This document shows, in pieces, positions 57,750 through 64,000 of a DNA stretch of 64,000 bases. The notes beneath the pieces were generated by a model. It was not told where the DNA came from. It saw only the letters and a list, made by a program, of their open reading frames with translations, and did no database searches. The stretch lies in the NCBI GenBank assembly GCA_963727485.1, contig CAVSGM010000002.1:1248001-1312000 (forward strand), read 5' to 3'. The DNA comes from an uncultured delta proteobacterium (GTDB lineage: Bacteria; Myxococcota; Myxococcia; SLRQ01). How positions within the stretch are numbered: the first letter of the stretch is position 1; each line of letters starts with the position of its first letter. The translations under genes and the position numbers were made by a program.

Positions 57750-58900
57750 GACAGCGCCTCCAGGTCCGGGTGGCCGCCGTACAGCTGCCAGATGCGGCAG
57801 GTGCCCTCGCTACTGACCATGCAGGCGCCCACCGGGGCGTCGGGGGTGCAGGCCTTGCCGAAGAGGGCGCAGCCTTCGGGCGAGGCGATCCCCGCCATGA
57901 TGTCGCCGCAGATGCACTGCTCCACCAGCTTGGGGGCGGCGAAGTCCCAGAGCCCCTTCACGTCGATGTCGAAGCGCTTGCGGGCGTCGGCCCACTCGAA
58001 GGCGTCGCGCAGGCGCAGGTTCCCGTTGGGGACGTGGGCGATGCCGCGCCAGCGCCCGCCGGCGGGGCGGAAGACCTGCCACAGGGTCCTCTGGGCCTCG
58101 AGGTTCCCGGCGCGGTTGACGCACCGGGGGAAGAGGTTCTCCACCGCGGGCCGGCCCTCCTTGATGAGGGTCACCAGGCGCACCAGGGCGGCGAGGATGT
58201 CCAGGGGCTCGAAGCCGGCGACGACCACCGGCAGCCCGTGGCGCTTCACGAAGGGCTCGAAGACCCCGCAGCCGGTGATGGTGGCGGCGTGCCCGGCGGC
58301 GAGGAAGCCCTCGATGCGGCTGCCCGGCATCTCGCAGACGATCTCCATCACCGGCGGGATGTACTTGTGGGCCGAGAGGATGGAGAAGTTCTGCGGGGGA
58401 TCGGCGAGGAGCACCGCCGCGGTGGCCACCGCGGTGGTCTCGAAGCCGGTGGCGAAGAAGCACGATCTCCTCGTCGGTCGTTCGCGCCAGCTCCACCGCC
58501 TGGGCCACGCGAGTAGACCACGTCGATCTTCGCCCCCTCGGCCTGGGCCTGGGCGAGCGACATGCTGGTCCCCGGGCACCTGGAGCATGTCGCCATAGGT
58601 GGCCAGGCGCACCCCGGAGCGGGCCAGCGCCACCCCCTCGTCGACCTCGGGGACGTCGGTGATGCACACCGGGCAGCCCGGGCCCATGACCACGTCGAGG
58701 GCCTTGGGGAAGGCCGAGCGCAGCCCATAGCGGGCGATGGCCTGCTCGTGGCTGCCGCACACGTGCATCACGCTCACCGGGTCGCGGCCGATGGCCTCGG
58801 TCTCCCGGACCAGCTGGTCGGCCAGGGCCTTGGCCTTGCCCGGGTCCCGGAACTTCAGCTCCCGGACCTGGCGGCCGAGGACGGGCTCAGCGGGGGCCAC
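57746..58900 (-). CDS. hypD: Hydrogenase maturation scaffold; three mutually compensating frameshifts at about 58460-58575
   Basis: MHVCGSH, GPGCPVC, FFATGFETT, GACMVSSEGTC. Confidence 0.93.
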   Translation of the reverse strand: MAPAEPVLGRQVRELKFRDPGKAKALADQLVRETEAIGRDPVSVMHVCGSHEQAIARYGLRSAFPKALDVVMGPGCPVCITDVPEVDEGVALARSGVRLATYGDMLQVPGDQHVARPGPGRGGEDRRGLLAWPRRWSWRERPTRRSCFFATGFETTAVATAAVLLADPPQNFSILSAHKYIPPVMEIVCEMPGSRIEGFLAAGHAATITGCGVFEPFVKRHGLPVVVAGFEPLDILAALVRLVTLIKEGRPAVENLFPRCVNRAGNLEAQRTLWQVFRPAGGRWRGIAHVPNGNLRLRDAFEWADARKRFDIDVKGLWDFAAPKLVEQCICGDIMAGIASPEGCALFGKACTPDAPVGACMVSSEGTCRIWQLYGGHPDLEALS

Positions 58901-59216
58901 GGTCGCCTCCCGGGTCGGTGCCGGTCGCCGCCGGGCCGGCCGCGCCACCGGCGTCCATCTCCCCCCGGACGTCGGAGGCCATCAGGTCCCCCTCGGGCCC
59001 GTGGGCCAGCAGCTCCTCGTAGAGGGCGAGGGTCTCGCCGATCTCCTCCTCGGGGATCCGGCGGATGGCGAAGCCCACGTGGTTGAGGACGTAGTCGCCC
59101 TCGCTCACCGGGGCGTCGACCACGTCGAGGCGCACCCGCTTGGTGACCCCGAAGAAGTCGACGGTGGCATTCAGCCCGTCGACGGCGAGCACCTTTCCGG
59201 GAACCCCGAGACACAT
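58887..59216 (-). CDS. hypC: Hydrogenase maturation chaperone
   Basis: MCLGVPG...GDYVLNHVGFA; AAGGAG RBS. Confidence 0.93.
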   Translation of the reverse strand: MCLGVPGKVLAVDGLNATVDFFGVTKRVRLDVVDAPVSEGDYVLNHVGFAIRRIPEEEIGETLALYEELLAHGPEGDLMASDVRGEMDAGGAAGPAATGTDPGGDRGPR

Positions 59217-59220
59217 GGCC

Positions 59221-61528
59221 TCACTCCTTGGTTGGGGGGCGCGGCGCACGGCCGCGTCGGCGACGAGCACCTGGCCGAGGGCGAGGCCGCCGTCGCCGGG
59301 CGGCACCTCCCCGTGGCGAAACACGTCGAGCCCATCTCCCTGCAGGGACCGGGCCACCGAGACCGCAAGACGCGGGTTCTGGAAGCAGCCGCCGGTGAGG
59401 ACCACCGGCCGGGCCCCGTGGCGATCCGCCGCCGCCTCCACCAGCTCCACGGTGGCGTGGGCGAGCGTCTCGTGGAACCGCGCCGAGACCACCGCCGCGC
59501 CCCGGCCGGCGAGGAGGTCCGACACCGCCTGGCGCACCAGGGGCCGCAGATCGACGCGTCCAGGGGTCGGTGGTCGAGATCGAGGGCGAAGAGGTAGCGC
59601 CCGGTCTCGGTGGGGTCGGCGACCTGGTCCCAGGCCAGCGCCAGCTGCCCCTCGTAGCCGGCCCGGGGGCGCACCAGGCCCAGGGCCGCCAGGGCGTCGA
59701 AGTAGCGCCCCACCCCGTGGGCCTCGCACGGTGTAGGCGCCGTCGGCGAGCACCTGGCGCACCGCCTGGACGGTCCGGGGCGGGAGCCGGTCGAAGAGGG
59801 CGAGCGCGTCGCAGGGGCGGGGCCCCGTCGTAGGCGTCGTCGAGGAGCGAGAGGGCCAGGCGCCAGGGCTCGCGGATCGCCTGGTCGCCCCCGGCGAGAC
59901 GGATGGGGCGGAAGGTCGCCAGGCGCCGGTAGCCGTCGGCGGACGGCGAGGAGGAGCTCGCCGCCCCAGGCGGTGCCGTCGTGCCCCGGCGCCGGTGCCG
60001 TCGTAGGCGACCCCGAGGACCTCGCCGTCCAGGCGGTGCTCGGCCATGCAGCTCATCACGTGGGCGTGGTGGTGCTGCACCGGCACCCGCACGCCGCCCT
60101 GCGAGGCCCTCGGCGTAGCGGGTGGAGAGGTAGCCGGGGTGCAGATCGTGGGCGACCACCTCGGGCTCGACGCTCGAGGAAGTGCGCCAGGCGGCCGATC
60201 TGGTCCTGGAAGCTCTCGTAGGCCTCCAGCGAGTCGAGGTCGCCGATGTGGGGCCCGAGGATGGCCTGGTCCCCGGCGGCGAGGCAGAAGGTGTTCTTCA
60301 GCTGCGCCGCCCCACCGCGAGGATGGGCCGGGCCACCGGCCGGGCGAGGCGGATGGGCGAGCGGCACGTAGCCCCGGGAGCGGCGCATCACCGTGGGCGT
60401 CCCCCCGATGACCATGGCCACCGAGTCGTCGGCCCGGGCGGCGATCTCCCGGTCGTGGAGGAGGAAGAGGTCGACCACCGGGGCGAGCTCGGTGAGGGCG
60501 TCGTCGTCCCGGAACACCGTGGGCGCGCCTGTGAGGTTCCCGGAGGTCATCACCAGGGGCCGGCCCACCTCCCGGAGCAGCAGGTGGTGGAGCGGGGTGT
60601 AGGGGAGCATCAGGCCCACCCGGGCGCTGTCCGGGGCCACGCTCGGGGCCAGCCCCGCGTCCGCGCGGGCGCGGCAGAGGACGATGGGGCGCGCCGGGCT
60701 CTCGAGGAGGGCGCGCTCTTCGGGGTCGAGCTCGGCGAGGGCCTCGGCGTCGGCCACCGTCGCCACCATCACCGCGAAGGGCTTCTCCTCCCGGTGCTTG
60801 CGCAGGCGCAGGCTCCTGACCACCGCCTCGTCGGTGGCGTCGCAGGCGAGGTGGTAGCCCCCGAGGCCCTTGATCCCGACGATCCGGCCGGCCTCCAGCG
60901 CCCGGGCCGCGGTCCACAGCGGCTCGGCCCAGACCACCGGGGCCCCGGCGGCCGAGCGCACCTCCAGGGTGGGGCCGCAGGTGGGGCAGGCGTTGGGCTG
61001 GGCGTGGAACCGCCGGCTCGCCGGGTCCTCGTACTCGGCCCGGCAGGCGGGGCACATCTCGAAGGGCGCCATGGTGGTCGCCGGCCGGTCGTAGGGGACC
61101 CCCAGCGCGATGGTGAACCTGGGCCCGCAGTCGGTGCAGTTGGTGAAGGCGTAGCCGTGGCGCCGGTCCGCGGGATCGCCGACCTCGGCGAGGCAGGTGG
61201 GGCAGGTGGCGAGGTCCGGGGGGATGGCGGCGCGGACGGCGCCCCCGTGCTCGCTGTGCTCGATGACGAAGGCGGGGCGGGCCTCGACGGGGATGGGCCG
61301 CCAGGAGATCTCGGAGATCCGCGCCGCCGGCGGGGCCTCGGACATCAGGTGCCGCAGGAGCCGGTCGAGGATCCCCGCCTCGCCAAAGGCGTCGATGGTG
61401 ACCCCGGCGGCGCCGTTCTTCACCGCCCCGGTGACCCCGAGGTCCTGGGCCAGGCGCCACACCCAGGGGCGCAGGCCCACGCCCTGGACGGTGCCCCGCA
61501 CCTGGATCCTTCGGCCCTCGGCGCTCAC
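59221..61528 (-). CDS. hypF: Carbamoyltransferase with many apparent frameshifts in the 3' half
   Basis: GTVQGVG, CPTC, FTNCTDCGPR, RRFHAQPNAC, KGLGGYHL, QHHHAH, GRYFDA, PPGDGGLALGQ, spread over three frames. Confidence 0.9.
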
Positions 61529-61935
61529 GACCCGGCCTCGGGGGCCCCGGGCCCGTCGGCGGCGGCCAACGAGAGGACGTAGGCGGCGACGTCCTGGCGC
61601 TCGGCCTCGGTGAGGGTGCCCTCCCAGGCGCCCATGGCGGTCCCCGGGATCCCGTGGGTGACCACCTTCAGCACGTGGGCGGGACGCGCCTGGTCGCGCC
61701 AGGCGCCCGAGGTGAAGTCCGGGGGCCGGTGCTTGAACCCGGCGTGGCGCGCCCCGTGGCCGTCGCCGGCCGGGCCGTGGCACAGCGCGCAGTGCGCCTG
61801 GAACACCACGCGGCCCCGGGCCAGGGCGCCGGGATCGCCCACGGGCACCCGGGCGGCGGGGCCCGCGGGCGACCTACAGCCCGAAGGCGCGGTCGACATG
61901 ATCAGGCAGATCGTCGTGAGGAGGAGGCGCATCAT
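61525..61935 (-). CDS. Monoheme c-type cytochrome (possibly exported or a lipoprotein)
   Basis: CALCH heme motif, distal GIPGTAMGAW; the start may be 61935, 61932 or 61899. Confidence 0.8.
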   Translation of the reverse strand: MMRLLLTTICLIMSTAPSGCRSPAGPAARVPVGDPGALARGRVVFQAHCALCHGPAGDGHGARHAGFKHRPPDFTSGAWRDQARPAHVLKVVTHGIPGTAMGAWEGTLTEAERQDVAAYVLSLAAADGPGAPEAGS

Positions 61936-62419
61936 GGCCGTCTCGGGGCGTGAGGGGGTAGCCGAGGCGCGCCGCCTCCTGGACCACCCGCGCCACCAGG
62001 TCCGGGATCGCCGCCTCGACGTCGGGGGTCCGCTCGATGGACAGCTCCATCGACTCGGGCACCACCCCCACCAGGATCACCTCGTCGGGGACGTCGCCGA
62101 GGATCCGGGCGCCGTCGAGGAGATCGGCGACGCCCACCTGGTGGGGCGAGAGGCGGTGGAGGACGGCGTGGGCCACGTCCTCGCCGGTGAGGCGCACCGG
62201 GGATCCCGGCGGCGCCTTGGCGGCGATGGCGTCGACCAGGATCACCCGCCGGGCGTCCTGGAGGTAGGGCAGGAGCGAGAGCCCCAGGGTGCCCCCGTCC
62301 ATCATCAGCACCCCCTCGGGGGTCTGGTAGCCCTGTGCCAGTCGGGAGAGCGCGACGATGCCCACGCCGTCGTCGCAGCACAGGAGGTTCCCCAGCCCCA
62401 GGATGAGCAGGTCGATCAC
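61874..62419 (-). CDS. Hydrogenase maturation endopeptidase (HyaD/HybD family)
   Basis: GLGNLL..DDGVG, DGGTLG, ILVDA, SPHQ. Confidence 0.92.
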   Translation of the reverse strand: MIDLLILGLGNLLCCDDGVGIVALSRLAQGYQTPEGVLMMDGGTLGLSLLPYLQDARRVILVDAIAAKAPPGSPVRLTGEDVAHAVLHRLSPHQVGVADLLDGARILGDVPDEVILVGVVPESMELSIERTPDVEAAIPDLVARVVQEAARLGYPLTPRDGHDAPPPHDDLPDHVDRAFGL

Positions 62420-63195
62420 GCTTCGAGGTCCTTTTTCTTCATCCACTTCCAACCGCTGAAGATGGAGTCGAGGGTGCCGTTGCGCTCCACCACCGCGGTG
62501 AGGATGGCGCTGTAGAGGTGGTGGACGAAGAAGCCGATGAGCAGCCACATCGACACGTGGTGCCACCACCTCGCCGAGGCGGCGCCCCCGAAGAGGTCGA
62601 CGAAGGGGCGGAAGATCGACATCACCGAGCCCGGCTCGATGATCGCCGCGTAGAGGCCGAGCCCGCTGACGATCATCACCAGGTAGATGACGAACACCAC
62701 CGAGTAGGCGGCGCCGGCCACCGGGTTGTGCCCGGGGGTCGATGGCGGCTTGCGGCGCAGGAAGAGGTAGAAGGCCAGCGTCTGCCCGAAGGCCTTCCAC
62801 CGCTTGCGGGTGGTGGGGATGAACATCGTCCACCGGGCGTTCCGGCTCCCGATGAACATCCACAGGATCCGGGAGAGCACCGCCAGGGTGAAGGCGATGG
62901 CGAAGTAGAAGTGGACGACCTTCATGGTCCCCATCACGAAGTGGAACCGCGCCTCCCCGGGCACCACGATATACGGGTGCCCGATGTAGATCCCGGTGAT
63001 CGAGAGCCCGAGGATCGAGAGGGCGACGGTCCAGTGGGTGACCCGGACCACCACGTCCCAGGCGTAGACCCGGACCAGCTGGTCCTCGGCGGGCGACACC
63101 GCAGGCGGCGGCTTGGTCTCCACCGCGGGACCCTTGGCCGACGCCGTCTCGGGCGCCGCCGCGGGGCCGCGGGTGGCGATGTCTGGAGTGGTCAT
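62416..63195 (-). CDS. [NiFe]-hydrogenase b-type cytochrome subunit (HyaC-like)
   Basis: VRVTHW, VHFY, GHNPVA, WHH...HHLY, SIFSG. Confidence 0.92.
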   Translation of the reverse strand: MTTPDIATRGPAAAPETASAKGPAVETKPPPAVSPAEDQLVRVYAWDVVVRVTHWTVALSILGLSITGIYIGHPYIVVPGEARFHFVMGTMKVVHFYFAIAFTLAVLSRILWMFIGSRNARWTMFIPTTRKRWKAFGQTLAFYLFLRRKPPSTPGHNPVAGAAYSVVFVIYLVMIVSGLGLYAAIIEPGSVMSIFRPFVDLFGGAASARWWHHVSMWLLIGFFVHHLYSAILTAVVERNGTLDSIFSGWKWMKKKDLEA

Positions 63196-64000
63196 TGCAC
63201 CTTGACCTCCACGACCTGCTGGCCGTCGGGATCGAGCACGTGCACGCCACAGGCCATGCACGGGTCGAAGGAGTGGACGGTGCGCAGGATCTCCAGGGGC
63301 TGGTCGGCCTTGGCCACCGGGGTGCCGATGAGCGCGGCCTCGTAGGGGCCCATCTGGCCCTTGGCGTCCCGGGGCCCGGCGTTCCAGGTGCTGGGGACCA
63401 CCGCCTGGTAGCTCTTGATCTTGCCGTCCTCGATCTTCACCCAGTGGCCCAGCGCCCCGCGCGGCGCCTCGTGGAAGCCGGCGCCCTGGGCCACCTTCGG
63501 CCAGTCCTTGGGCTCCCACTTGGTGTTGTCGGCGATGCGCAGGTCACCCTTGCCCATGTTGGCGGTCAGGGCGTCGAGCCAGTCGCCCATCTTGTTGGCC
63601 AGCACCAGGGTCTCGACCCCGCGGGCGGCCACCCGCCCCAGGGTGGAGAACAGGGCCTCGGGGCCCACGCCCAGGTGCCCGAGCGCCATGTCGACGCCGG
63701 CCTTCACCTCCTTGTGGCCCCGGCCGTAGGCGACCAGCATCCGCGCCAGGGGCCCGACCTCCATGGGCGCCTCCTCGTAGCGCGGCGACTTGAGCCAGGA
63801 GTACTTGCCGTCGGTGTTCAGCCGCTCGAAGGGCGGCTGGGGGCCGGTGTAGTTGGGCTTGGTCTCGCCCTCGTAGGGGTTGAGGCCCACCGCGTCGCCC
63901 TTGGCGTAGTCGTACCAGGAGTGGCTGACGTACTCGCTGATCTTCGCCGGATCGACGTCCTCGACCTTGGCGAGGTTCTTGTTCCGGATGATCCCCGAGG
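63192..64000 (-). CDS. Group 1 [NiFe]-hydrogenase large subunit, C-terminal part (5' end outside the window)
   Basis: YSWLKSPRY, EVGPLAR, EAPRGALGHW, YQAVVPSTWN, SFDPCMACGVH plus a cleavable tail. Confidence 0.95.
   Translation of the reverse strand, partial: SGIIRNKNLAKVEDVDPAKISEYVSHSWYDYAKGDAVGLNPYEGETKPNYTGPQPPFERLNTDGKYSWLKSPRYEEAPMEVGPLARMLVAYGRGHKEVKAGVDMALGHLGVGPEALFSTLGRVAARGVETLVLANKMGDWLDALTANMGKGDLRIADNTKWEPKDWPKVAQGAGFHEAPRGALGHWVKIEDGKIKSYQAVVPSTWNAGPRDAKGQMGPYEAALIGTPVAKADQPLEILRTVHSFDPCMACGVHVLDPDGQQVVEVKVQ

Noticed and set aside
58887..59600. Apparent in-frame HypF-HypC fusion
   Set aside because: One extra base in the G6 run near 59235 restores a hypF stop at 59221 overlapping an AAGGAG RBS; HypC needs a free N-terminal Cys; the region is indel-rich

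Overview
A very GC-rich bacterial window, probably Myxococcota (MYXO-CTERM-like sorting signal, CarH-type regulator). It is densely coding, with no rRNA, tRNA, CRISPR array or mobile element that I can support. From left to right: (1) two giant secreted PKD-repeat surface proteins, one beta-helix/PKD and truncated at the window edge, one Kelch/PKD, plus a GGR-family oxidoreductase, LysR, a DUF6687-like protein and an SNF2 helicase. (2) A translationally coupled menaquinone operon (polyprenyl synthase-aroF-menG-menF-menD-menH-menA-menC; no menB/menE) behind a good sigma54 promoter with tandem enhancer-like palindromes. (3) Back-to-back with it, a carotenoid glycoside-ester cluster (crtI, crtB, CruA/CruP-type cyclase, crtZ, acyltransferase, glycosyltransferase, crtC, crtD, crtE) with a PAS-GAF kinase and a B12-dependent CarH photoreceptor. 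(4) Miscellaneous genes. (5) A sigma54-driven sqr-tusE/dsrC-dsrE sulfur module. (6) One uninterrupted minus-strand gene run of more than 17.7 kb: group 1 [NiFe]-hydrogenase, cyt b, protease, cyt c, hypFCDE, a crotonase-fold gene, hypAB, then a complete nine-gene A/V-type ATP synthase starting 3 nt after hypB. Many single-base frameshifts (dense in hypF-hypE) look like long-read assembly errors. The best candidates for an undescribed system are the hydrogenase/ATP-synthase operon and the stand-alone crotonase inside the hyp genes. All calls come from reading motifs by eye; no database searches were run.
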